This document shows positions 1-14,035 of a stretch of 64,000 nt of DNA, piece after piece (the stretch's first letter is position 1; every line of letters starts with the position of its first letter). Made by a program: the position numbers and the translations under genes. The notes under the pieces were generated by a model. The model did not search any database and was not told where the DNA came from. It saw only the letters and a program-made list of their open reading frames with translations. This DNA is from the human T2T-CHM13v2.0 reference genome, Homo sapiens, in NCBI RefSeq assembly GCF_009914755.1, contig NC_060930.1; one strand, written 5' to 3'.

Positions 1-1026
1 GGATATCACCTTATTTATTCTAGGTGGGTTTTCTTTGCTTAGTAAGAGAAGACAAACATAGAATATTATTAAACACAGACTAAAAAATCAGCAGCAATGT
101 TGGAAGGCTGAAAGTGTTTTTTAAATACCTCTCTGTAAAATTTACCTCCTAAAACAAAAAGATCACGAAGCCCAATCATGCATCTTCCTGAAGGCATTTC
201 AGTAAAGCAAGTGTATATGACTTCAAAAGTGGCCATACATTGGTAAGTAATTTTCAGAATGTTCATCTCTGGGATATGAAAGAAACCACATGCTAATTTA
301 TAGTCAGCCACTGATGATTACGAATAAGCACAATAAATGAATGACCCATGACCAATTACAGCATGGCATACATTTTTCTTACCTTTATAACCATCATATG
401 ATAAATACTTAAGCACAAGAAAGTTACCACTATTTTTTAAAAACACCAAAAAGCAACCTGTTCAGAAAAAAAGTACATATAAAGTCCACTCTATTTGTAC
501 AGTAAACTTTCAGTTTACCCTAAACAAACAAATCAGTGAGTTTAATTATTAAAACGTAATTTAAAAGTCATATTCAAGCCCTATCGATAAACGCCACAAG
601 CAAAAGCTATTTGGCATGTTATCAACACTGACCATATTTATGTGATAATACTATCTTTTTTAAACAGTCAAGTGGCTAAAAAAACCCAAACTATTGTTAA
701 TAGAAATTCAACAATGTTGTTAATAGAGTGAATTCAACAAGATTCTCTAATCCTCAATATTTGTCAGCATCTTGATACCAGTTTCAAAATGAGGTGGAGA
801 ATCCCTCGTGGACTACATAGCATGCCTATTACCTATAAAAATGTAAACGCTTCTTGAATAACCAACGCTATAAAGAAGCTTTATATAGCTTTTCATAGTC
901 TAGGAATGTTGGGAAGTTGATCACTACTGCGTGTTTTTTTTTTTAAAGGTATTTACAGGCCACAACTTGTTAATGTTAATACAAAACAAAGTTTTGCTCC
1001 TATTTCTTGGTATAAGAACAAAAACC

Positions 1027-1369
<343 letters not shown>

Positions 1370-1889
1370 TTATACTGAGACATTTAAGCCCGTAAAAACA
1401 TTTCAAGAATCTGTCTTAACATCTACTAAGGTGATTATCATTGTGATTACGTGACAAAGATCTACTGCACCCATTCTAAAACATCGGGAATGTTTTCAGC
1501 AATAACTAGAGGTCTAATTTCAAAGAGGAAGACGTAAATTAGTGCTTTCAAGAGAAAAGAGCATCACTGTGCTGTTGGAAGTTAGTAACTAATATAAAAG
1601 CGGCCCTTCGCGGTTTTAACAGGAAACTATTTTTGATTAAATAAGAGCTTGAGATTATCCACTGTAAGGCACTTCAGGATCTACGTTTATCTCTAACTTT
1701 GTCATCACATTTGTATGAAACAACTGTTTCGAGGGAAAACTTTTCTAAAAGGTACCAACTCTAAACCAAAAGGCCCACAGGCCTTCCAGAGGACGCCGGG
1801 CTCTAGAATAAATAAGAAATAACATCCCCAACAATATCACTCGAACCTAACAAATTTTAAGAAAAGAAGTTGCCTCCCAATGTCATGGC

Positions 1890-2680
1890 CATCGGGATTT
1901 TTACCTGTGAGGGTTTCGGGGTGGGGGGCGTGAGCGGGTTCTGGAGAGAACCAGTCGAAAAATCGAAGAACTAAAAACTCGGCTGGTGACTTCGCTAACG
2001 ACACAGATCAAAAGATGGGATCGACAGGAGCCCCCGAAAAGTCCTCCGCCTGACAGGATTCCTCAGGTAGGGGGACTGTCACCTAAGCCAAGTTATCGTG
2101 GACAACAGCAAGGACCTAGGACCTCAGCTCAGGCACAGGCAGGCTCACGGAGGGTTGCGCGGCGGGTTCTCGCTGTGGGCCCCCCGAGTCCCTCACCAGC
2201 CCGGCCCTGGAAAATCGGGGGTCCCCAGAGCACCGCCAGAGTGAAAACTCACCTGCGGCGGCCCAAGCTCCTCGGGAAACCGCCCAACGCCAGGCACAGG
2301 GGATTGGCGGAGTGGAGATCCCGGCAGCGAGGAAGGAGGGCCTGACCCAGTCCAGCCCACTTTGCTCTCCGCTCACGGCCCCAGTACTGCCCAGTTCAAT
2401 CGTCAACACCACCTGCCGGCGCGGCTCCTGCTCGCCGAGAATTTGAAGACAAACCCGCCAGGGTCACTTCCGGTGCCGGGGACGACCTCGGCGACTCTGG
2501 CGCACGCGGGGCGTCGCCCCGGGAGCGAGGTCGCTGGGCGGGAGCGGCGGAAGAGGGTGTGGCCGGGCCCGGGGCCGCGCGTGCGCATTCTTGCACCGCC
2601 TCCTCCCGGCGGACGCAGCGGAGACCAGGGATAGTATAGACCTTGGTGTAGATGGTATTATGGTACTACCTCGCGCGCCT
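1890..2680. promoter_or_regulatory. CpG-island promoter (probably KATNA1)
   Basis: Sharp rise in GC and CpG content outside any Alu. ETS/GABP motif ACTTCCGG at 2466-2473. NRF1 consensus TGCGCACGCGCG (minus strand) at 2576-2587. GC-box-like tracts. Confidence 0.85.
2253..2510 (-). other. KATNA1: Non-coding first exon of the downstream minus-strand gene (katanin p60 subunit A1, by locus knowledge)
   Basis: Consensus donor CAG|gtgagt at 2253/2252 inside the CpG island. The 5' end is approximate. Gene identity rests on my recollection that KATNA1 lies tandemly 3' of LATS1; no KATNA1 coding sequence is in the window. Confidence 0.6.
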
Positions 2681-3904
2681 CTGTACCTTGTTCAGGTGCT
2701 TGCTCACTTTCCCTCCCACTTGATTTTCACCACACTCACACACACACCGAGGTCAGGTGTCTATTTTAGAGGTGAATGTCCAGGATCAAGCAATTCGTTT
2801 ATGACAAATCCTGTTTTAGAACCTAGTATTCAGAATTCCCCAGCTGGGCTCCATGTCATGACATAACAATAGGGAGGAGGTAAACAAAGATTCTCGGACA
2901 CACTGCTAGTGGGATTTTATTTTCTTGATTTTTTAATCACCGTTTTAATATGACCAGACAAGGAAAATGATGCTATTTCATGACTTACAGATATGTACTG
3001 CACAGGGCTTCCTCCAGTCTCAATCTCCACCCTCTGCCATCACTTGAGGCAGAATAGGGCACTTCTCACACATTCCTTTAAAAACGCAAGGTAATTAAGT
3101 TTCTAACATTAAAGCATCCCGACTGGGCACAGTGGCTCATCCCTGTAATCCCAGCACTTTGGGAGGCTGAGGCGGGAGAATAGCTTGAGCCGGGAGTTCA
3201 AGACCAGCCTGGGCAATATAGTGAGACCCCCCGTCTCTACAAAAAGTACAAAAATTGGCTGGACATGGTGGCGCACGCCTGTAGTCACAACTACTCAGGA
3301 GGCTGACACAAGAGGATCACTTGAGCCCAGGAGTTGGAGGCTGCAGTGGGCCATGATGGCGCCATTGCACTCCAGTCTGGGAGACAAAGTGAGGCCCTAT
3401 CTCTAAAAAAATAAAAGCACCCCAGTCATCTAACATAGACATGTAGAAGCAATTCAGGGGAAATACATCCATTCAGTCAACAAATGTTTACTCAGCAACT
3501 ACTATGTGTGAGACAGTGTTGGCACTGGGTATACAGTGGTCACGAAATAGAATGTTTCATGGGGCTTAAAGTCTTGTAACGTCTCAACTGAGTGGAAAAT
3601 GATAGTTTCACTGTAGTAAATATGAACTCTATTGTAATAGGGAACAGGAAACTATATTTAGTATATATTTTTGGAATCAAAACCAATTCAGGGAGGTACA
3701 GATTAATTACCCTAATTCAACCTTCATCCTTTATGTGAGTTCAAAGGTATGCTAATTTATAAAGCCAATTTACAGTTAAAAAACTTCTCAAAGGCCACAA
3801 AATTAATACATATTGTATGATTCCATTGATAAGAAATTCTAGGCCAGGCACAGTGGCTCATACCTGTAATCCCAGCACTTTGGGAGGCCGAGACGGGTGG
3901 GTCA

Positions 3905-4483
<579 letters not shown>

Positions 4484-6861
4484 TCACTGCAACCTCCACC
4501 TCCCAGGTTGAAGCCTCACCCTCCCCGAGTAGCTGGGATTACAGGTGCCCGCCACCATGCCCAGCTAATTTTTGTATTTTTAGTAGAGACGGGGTTTCAC
4601 TGTGTTGGCCAGTCTGGTCACGAACTCCTGACCTCATGATCTGCCCGCCTCAGCCTCCCAAAGTGCTGGGATTACAAGTGTGAGCCACCGCTCCTGGCTG
4701 AAGACTTTTTTTAGGTGGAAAGACAAACCTCCAGAGAGTAGCTTACATTCACTACTTCCATTTCTTTACTAGCTGTACTAGTCAAGCAGGAGTGGGTTAT
4801 GCTGTAGCAACCTCTAAGTCACAGAGGCTTCAACAATAGCATTTTTTTCTTATCTACTTTTTATGTTCATAGCTTGAGTGGATGCAGGCAGTGGGACCCT
4901 TGGCAGTGAAAAAAAGAAAGGGAAATAAATTGCACAGCCTCTGCCTGGATGTGAAACTTGCTGCTCTGCCTACATATTTTTGGCCAGAGCAAGTCACTGG
5001 TCAAGCCTGACTTCAAAGAAATGCAGGTGTTCATCTCTGCATTGTGCCTTGAAGAAGCAGAATATTTGTGTACCACTCTCATGACTAGGAGTCATTTCTT
5101 CTTTTACAGTGTGGCTTCTACAACCACCACCCTTCTAAAATGATTGTATCCAAACTGTGACTCAGAAAATCTGAGATTATATTTTCCTGGTGAATGGTCA
5201 GGTTAATTTGGCAGAATCACAGGACACACAAAAACAAGTTAGGGGAAAAGAGGTAGAAAGATAGGTGCCAGCTAAAGAGTTAAACTTTATTCAGTAGACA
5301 AAAGGGGACCCATTGAAAGGTGTCAAATGAAGACATAAGTTATATAGCAAATAGGAGGATTAATTTGACAGCTAAACGTAGGAAGTTTTGGAGGGGAGAG
5401 AGAATAGATTGGGGGACTGTTGCAAGAGGTACTGTGACCCCTGGAATTACACAGAAGGTGAATGGCCATGAAGACCTTCTTCACATTATATATTTGTTTC
5501 TCTTGCCCCAGTGAGTAAACTTAATGAAGTCAGATACTTTGTCCATTTGAGTAGAGCAATGTCTGGCATATTGTAGGTGTTAATTAGATATTTGTAGAAT
5601 AAATAAAATAATTTCAAAGAATTTGAGGGCCAAGTGTGGTGGCTCACGCCTGTAATCGCAGCACTTTGGGAAGCCAAGGCAGGAGGATCACCTGAGGTCA
5701 GGAGTTTGAGACCAGCCTGGCCAAAATGTCAAAACCCCATCTCTACTAAAAACACATAAATTAGTGGGTGTGCTGGTGGGCGCCTGTAGTCCCAGCTACT
5801 CGGGAGGCTGAGGCAGGAGAATCACTTGAACCCAGAAGTGGAGGTTGCCGTGAGCAGAGATTGCACCACTGCACTCCAGCCTGGGCAACAGAGCAAGACT
5901 CTGTCTCAAAAAATAAATACATAAAAGAATTTGAGACACTTTTTACATTTCATGAGAGAAATTGGAAAGGACTTTTAGGGCCAGTTTATTAACTTCACTC
6001 ACGTGGTTGATGCATCTGGCATTCCTCTTCTATACTTCAAACATTTGAGCCATCTCCTGGGATACAGTATGTATAAGGCTAGAAAAATCTAACCATAAGT
6101 AAGATTTACTGAATTTTTAGATTATGTCACACCATAGCTGCAGTAACAGACTGGGACAGATTCACCAGTGTTCTTCACTAACCTTATACACATTCTTCCT
6201 AAACAACAGCTTCCATCACTGATCTGCTAATACCAGGCTGTTGAATGCTACGAAGAAAATCACATCTCTGTGAAGATTGATGCGCCATAATTTCATGTCT
6301 TTCTAACCCAGCCGAAACATTTTTCTGCCTGTCTCACTTCAGTTATGTCTCACTCTTCCCATTAGTTCAGACTTTCATTTTTTGAAACAGGGTCTTGCTC
6401 TGTCCCCCAGGCTGGAATGCAGTGGCAGGATCTCGGCTCACCGCAGCCTTGACCCACTAGGCTCAAGCCATCGTCCTGTCTCAGCCTCCTGAGTAGCTAG
6501 AACTACGGGCACATGACACCAAGCCCAGAAAATTTTTAAATTTTTTGTAGAGACAAGGTCTCACCATGTTGGCCCAGGCTGGTCTCGAACTCCTGGGTTC
6601 AGATGATCTTCCCACTGCAGCCTCCCAAAGTGCTGGGATTACAGACGTGAGCCAGTGCACCCAACCTATTTCAGACTTTTACCCCAGAAAGGCAGCTACC
6701 CAGCCCTTTCTGCCCTTTCAGTGAATTACTATGCCTCCAACCTCAAAGAAATAGAAGCTATCAGAAATTCTCTCAACTTGGGCCAGGCACGGTGGTTCAG
6801 GCCTGTAATCCCAGCACTTTGGGAGGCCGAGGTGGGTGGATCACCTGAGGTCAGGAGTTCA

Positions 6862-7074
<213 letters not shown>

Positions 7075-7109
7075 TTAAAAAAAAAAAGAAATTCTCTCAG
7101 CTTGCTCAC

Positions 7110-7890
<781 letters not shown>

Positions 7891-8247
7891 TTACCCTCCA
7901 ACTTACAAACTTCTTTGCCTCACATCTGCCTTTTGGTTTTTGCCTCACGTCCCAATGAATGTGTATCTTCCTTTGTCTAAATCCAGTTCTTCCACTTGGA
8001 CTTAAAGTTTTGAGTTGTTTTTTTAATTCCATTTTATGTTATATATTTGGATAGGCAATGCATTCACATGATGCAAAATCAAATGATATAAAGGGTTATA
8101 TAGTGAGAAGTATTTCTACGATTCTTGTCACCCTACAAATCCATTTTACCATTCCCAGAGGCAATTGAAGATACCAAATTCAGGGCTGGGCGTGGTGGCT
8201 CACGCCTGTAATCCCCAGCACTTTGGGAGGCCCAGGCAGGTGGATCA

Positions 8248-8487
<240 letters not shown>

Positions 8488-8548
8488 TCATTCATTACCT
8501 TTCAGAGATATTATTTTAGTATGCACTCGATTGGAAGAAATGGTGGCT

Positions 8549-8909
8549 GAACATAAAAAAGAATGAGTTAATGTCCTTTGCAGGGACATGGATGAAGCTG
8601 GAAGCCATCATTCTTAGCAAACTAACACAGGAACAGAAAACCAAACACCGCATGTTCTCACTCACAAGTAGGAATTGAATAATGAGAACACGGGGGCACA
8701 GGAAGGGGAACATCACACACCGGGGCCTGTCAGCGGGTGGAGGGCTAGGGGAGGGATAGCATTAGGAGAAATACCTAATGTAGATGACGAGTTGATGGGT
8801 GCAGCAAACTACCACGGTACATGTATACCTATGTAACAAACCTGCACGTTCTGCACATGTATCCCAGAACTTAAGTATAATTAAAAAAAGGATGGAAAAA
8901 AAAAGAAGA
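8549..8909 (+). mobile_element. 5'-truncated L1PA 3' end inserted in an older L1M ORF1 fragment
   Basis: L1PA 3'UTR (tgcagggacatggatgaagctggaagcc ... aacctgcacgttctgcacatgtatcccagaactta). 14-bp TSD aagaaatggtggct at 8535-8548 and 8910-8923. Confidence 0.9.
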
Positions 8910-11900
8910 AAGAAATGGTGGCTAAAAAAAATCTTGCATTAATGAAAACCATTGCTTCACAGATTTAAGAAGCTCAATGAACCCCAAGCACAAGAAAAAT
9001 AAACAAAATGACACCAGGCACATCGTAATTAAATTGCTTAACATGGGCGACAGAAAACCCTTAAAAGTGAATATTGGTTCAAATATCACAGACTCTCAAA
9101 ACTCACACCAAATTTTAGTAGATTTTCTTGAGTAATCTTCCCTCCCCTCCCTTCTCCTCCTCTCTGCTCACTTCTCTTCTCCTTTTGGAGTCTCTGTCTG
9201 TCTCCCAGGCTGGAGTGCAGTGGTGATCTCGGCTCACTGCAACCTCTGCCTCCGGGATTCAAGTGATTCTCCTGCCTCAGCCTCCTGAGTAGCTAGGACT
9301 ACAGGCATGCACCACCACACCTGCTAATTTTTGTATTTTTAGTAGAGACGGGGTTTCACCATGTTGGCCAGCCTGATCTCAAACTCCTGACCTCAAGTGA
9401 TCTGCCTACCTCAGCCTCCCAAAGTGTTGGGATTACAGGCGTGAGCCACCACACCCAGCCTTCCCTACATATTTGATTCATGATTCAGCCAAAGATTTGG
9501 GCCTTTCTCAGGCAAGATGTCATAAAAACAGAATACTCATCTAGTGCCCTTCCTCTCTTCCAAGGATCAGCTCCGTTCCAGAATTTGCCTGGTTTTGTTC
9601 CATTCCAATATCTTTGGGTAGTTGGGTATTTTCCCCCAGACTTTATAGTTGTTAGCTGTCATACAGTAAATCCATTAGGATCTGATTGGTTGTACTAGAA
9701 GCAGAATCTGGAATTACCTTTTAAGGTCATTTTGGTTGACAGGTTGGATAATAAACTTGAGGTACCAGAATAAAGTAAGACTCGTGTTAGAAAATTATTA
9801 CATTAATTCAGGCTGATGAGGACCTTAACCAAATTAGTTAACAACGAGAATAAAGATGATGAATTAGAGAAAAACCTAAGAGGTAAAATAACTGAATTTT
9901 ATGGTTGAGTCCATAGGAGATGGCCAAAGTACAAAATGACTTTGTTAAATTGTTCTGCAAATCAGATTATACACTAATACAAATTGCATGCTGTATTACT
10001 TAAGGTATAGGCTCAGCAGCAGTAACAAATGGATATTATAGATATAATTTGATTTTTCTCCCCTCTCTCACATTCTGCAGTCAGTCCAGAGTAGAAAGAT
10101 GACCCTGCTTCACACAGTCTCTCAGGTAATCAGATTGTATTCATTTGGTTGATTCACCATCACTAGAGTGTTTGTTTTTTGTTTTTTTTTTGAGATGGAG
10201 TCTCGCCCTGTTGCCCAGGCTGGAGTGTAGTGGCGTGATCTAGGCTCATTGCAACCTCCGCCTCCTGGGTTCAAGCGATTCTCCTGCCTCAGCCTCCAGA
10301 GTAGCTGGGACTACAGGCGTTCGCCACTACGCCCAGCTAATTTTTGTATTTTTAGTAGAGACGGGTTTCACCATGTTAGTTGGCCAGGATGGTCTCAATC
10401 TCTTGACCTCGTGATCCGCCCGCCTTGGCCTCCCAAAGTGCTGGGATTACAGGCATGAGCCACTGCACCCAGCCACTAGAGTGTTTTTCTAATTTTCATG
10501 GTCAATATAAAGTCACCACTATGTACGTGTTCCATCCTGTGGGAAGAGGTAAAAAGCAAGTGGTGGGCAAGCAATGTCAACTTTAATTATATGTATAATT
10601 TGCACATACCACGTCTGCTCATGTCCCAATGGCCAAAACCTAGTCATGTGCCCAAAACTAATTACAAGGGAATAGGAGAAACATGGACTCTACTGGGGTA
10701 GTCAAAACTTAGAAAGGGATATTGGCTCTATTAGTAAAAGGAAAAATGGGAGAGTGGATACTGGGGAGCAAGAGTGGCCTCTGTCATTTGTCAACCCCTC
10801 TGTGAACTAGGTATTCATGAGAGTCTTTTTTTTCTCCTGCAGAACAAATTTAACCCTTCCTCAAGGGAAACAACCCAAAGTTCCATTCATAGCCTAAATC
10901 CAGCAAAATGTTTGGAATCTCTGGGTAGCTCCGTTACTGAAAGAAAGGAGGAAAAACTGGACAATAACTGTCTATTTGGCAACCTCCCTCTACTCTTCAC
11001 ATACACAAGCAGATGTGCACGCGTGTGTGTGTGTGTAGCAAAGTATAGTCACAATTTTAAGTACACCAAATGTGGGCCCACAATGTAGCACAATAAATCA
11101 TAGGAATAATGCAATTTGTGTCAGCTGTACAACAGCCTTATGTAGAACAAATACAAACTTACAAGGGAGTGCAAACAAGAGGATAAAAGAAGATCTAATG
11201 ATGGTAATGCTTGAAAAGAGGATGAAAAACAGTACTTGTTTATCCATATAAAGTTGATATAAGATATAATATCAACATATATATTTTGACACTGGTTCAG
11301 GTCTGTAATCCCAATACTTCGGGAGGCAGAGGCGGGAGGATCGCTTGCATCCAGGAGTTTGAGATCAGACTGGGCAACTTAGCAAGACTCCATCTCTACA
11401 AATATAAAAATAAAAAATTAGCTGCGTGTGGTGGCACACTCCTGTAGTCCTAGCTACTTGGGAGACAAAAGCAGGAGGACAGCTTGAGCCCAGAGTTCGA
11501 GGTTAAAGTGAGCTTTGATCTTGCCACTGCACTCCAGCCTGGGTGACAGAGCAAGACCATCTCTAAGAAATAAAACAAACAAAAAGGATTATAAAGGAAA
11601 ACAGACTAACCAACAATTTTACATTTAAAAAATTATATACCATAATCAAATGGTACTGAATGTAGAACTTAATCATTAAATTCTAAACCTGTAATCTAAT
11701 GGAAGCCTTTAACAGGAAATATTGTACTTATATTGGACAAAATGAAAACATTTAAATGAAAACATTTGACATTTACATGATACTCAGTTTGCCTTAACCT
11801 AAGTACTATCATTAGTTATTTTAATTCCAAAGCATCAAAATTTTAATCATAACTTTCTCAGAGAATAAAAAGATTTACATAAATTTTTGAATCAGAAAAC

Positions 11901-11960
11901 AACATAGTTAAGCAGTGTAAAAATTAGCTTTCCACACATAATTGAAAGATTTGAATTTTT

Positions 11961-11966
11961 TTTATT
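11961..11966 (-). terminator. Distal polyadenylation signal AATAAA of LATS1
   Basis: tttatt on the plus strand, followed on the transcript strand by a GU/U-rich downstream region (tgtgtgg ... tgttgttttct). Confidence 0.65.
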
Positions 11967-12974
11967 ATCCCAGCAAACATTACACTAGAGAAAATGATTG
12001 GGAAAATACAAATAAGTTCATTAAAAACACAGGCTGATTATTCATATCTATTACATTCAGAATTATGCAAAACAATTAGTTATATTGCAAAGCTGTAATT
12101 CTTTTTCTAACAAAGCATGATTTTATAAAACTTTAATGTTGCCACTGATTCAATTTTAATACAAAATACTTATATACACAATACAATATAAAAGTAAACT
12201 GTGTAGTGCCTTCCACAAAGGGATATATTAAGGCGCTTTACAAATATACCAATATTTTGACCCAAATTACTTTTTGCTTTAGATTAAAATGAACAGGCTA
12301 AATGTTCCACTTTAAATACCAAAGGGATGTTTATTTAAAATTTTTTATCTAAAATACCTTGGGTAACAGCAGCAGCAATGTCTAAAAATCCTCCCACTGT
12401 ATTCTCTAATTTCTAACACATTAAGTCAGAATAAAACAATTCCACTCACAGTTTTGCACTTTGCAACAGCAGAAGGTAATAACTTTTTAAAAAAGTCAAT
12501 CTCAAAGTGACTTTTTAGTCATACATTCTATAGTTTCTATTACAAATAAGAAAGTAGAAAAGATACAGCAGTAGGGCCTGCCTTATGATGTCACTGGACA
12601 ATGCATAACAGTATCTACAATTACATAATTATAGAACACATCTTATAAATACTATTGATATGCATAAAAAGGGTAAGTATAATAAAGACAGCAAGTTTTT
12701 AATAAGAAAATTATTTTAAAAGAAAACATATAGAACCAATGTTTTCACTCCATTTCAATGGAAAGCATCTATATTTTTAACATTGTTTTTCTCATCTTTT
12801 TGGTCAGGAAGCACCAGATTCTATACTGGAAGAAGTAGATGTAGTTTTGGAATAAGATAGCTGATAAGTATATCCAAACTGTTAAAATTGCTGATACCAA
12901 AGGCATGTATACTGCTTCAGATAAATGCAAAAAGCTTATAGTATCAGAGGAAATTTTAAAAGAATACATATTTG

Positions 12975-13266
12975 CGCCAGGCGCGGTGGGTCACGTCTGT
13001 AATCCCAGCACTTTGGGAGGCTGAGGTGGGCATATAACTGGAGCCCAGGAATTCCACACCAACCTGGGCAACATGGCGAAACCCCATCTCTACTAAAGAT
13101 ACAAACATTAGCTGGGCTTGGTGGCGCATGCCCAGCTACTTGGGAGGCTGAGGCGGGAGGACTGCGTGAGCCCCCAAGGTTGAGGATGCAGTGAGCTGTG
13201 AAGCGCCACTGCCCTCCAGCCTGGGTGACAGAGTGAGACCCTGTCTCAAAACAAAAAACAAAAAAA
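12975..13266 (+). mobile_element. AluJ-like element inside the LATS1 3'UTR (antisense in the mRNA)
   Basis: Alu dimer with TSD approximately aaaagaataca. Confidence 0.9.
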
Positions 13267-13859
13267 GAATACAAAATTTGTAGTGTCTGTTACATTTCAG
13301 CAATAGGGGGAATACAGATTTTGTGGGAAGGGAAGGGGGAGGAGACAGCACCTTAGTTTTCCTACAACATAAATGTAACGAAGTTATCTTCTACTGTATT
13401 GCACCTTAGTCCAAAAGTAAAACAACTAAATGAAAATTTAAATAAATCAGACTGAAAAAGCCCAAAGAGTAAGAGGAATACCTTATAAATGTGACTACCC
13501 ACCTAAAAATTCTTGAACTACTTTGTTTTGCATAGGATTTTATGGGACTAACCAAATGTTCCATGAACCATGAGGTGAAGACTGCGATTTCATGATAGCA
13601 CATTGTTTTACAATTCTGATTAGAAATCCTTCAGAAATATTTCTGTATCAAGCTTGTAATGAGCCTAACATTTCAGTCCCCTCCAAATGATATATTAAAA
13701 CAACTTAATGTACCAGCAAGAGAGGCATTCATAAGGTCACCTTATATCACATGCTACAGACCTTTTCCATCACAAATTATCAGCTTATATAAGATGTGCT
13801 GAGTAGTGATTGGTAAGTTAAAAACAAAGTTCTTAGTTTAATGTATCAATTTTCTCATG

Positions 13860-14035
13860 GCACAGAGGTCCATAACCTACAGCCTGTGATAGGTTTCAAT
13901 ATGTCCAAAATCCCTTGAAACTGCATGCAACATTGTATGTGTATGTGTGGTTTTTTTTTCTAGGAAGAGTCCACAGCTTCCTTCAGATTCTCAAAAGAAC
14001 CACTAACCCCAAAAGACGCACGATAACACAGTAGT
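13860..14035. mobile_element. hAT-Charlie-type MER DNA transposon remnant in the 3'UTR
   Basis: agagtccacagcttccttcagattctcaaaag...ccccaaaag resembles Charlie-family MER termini. Subfamily not resolved. Confidence 0.4.

Noticed and set aside
69-420. 80-aa ORF and nearby donor-like motifs in unique-looking sequence
   Set aside because: No recognisable homology and no matched acceptor/donor pair; treated as intron 1 of the left-hand gene.
1986-2866. Several overlapping 60-119 aa ORFs on both strands
   Set aside because: Expected stop-codon depletion in a GC-rich CpG island; low-complexity R/P/G/A composition with no recognisable domain.
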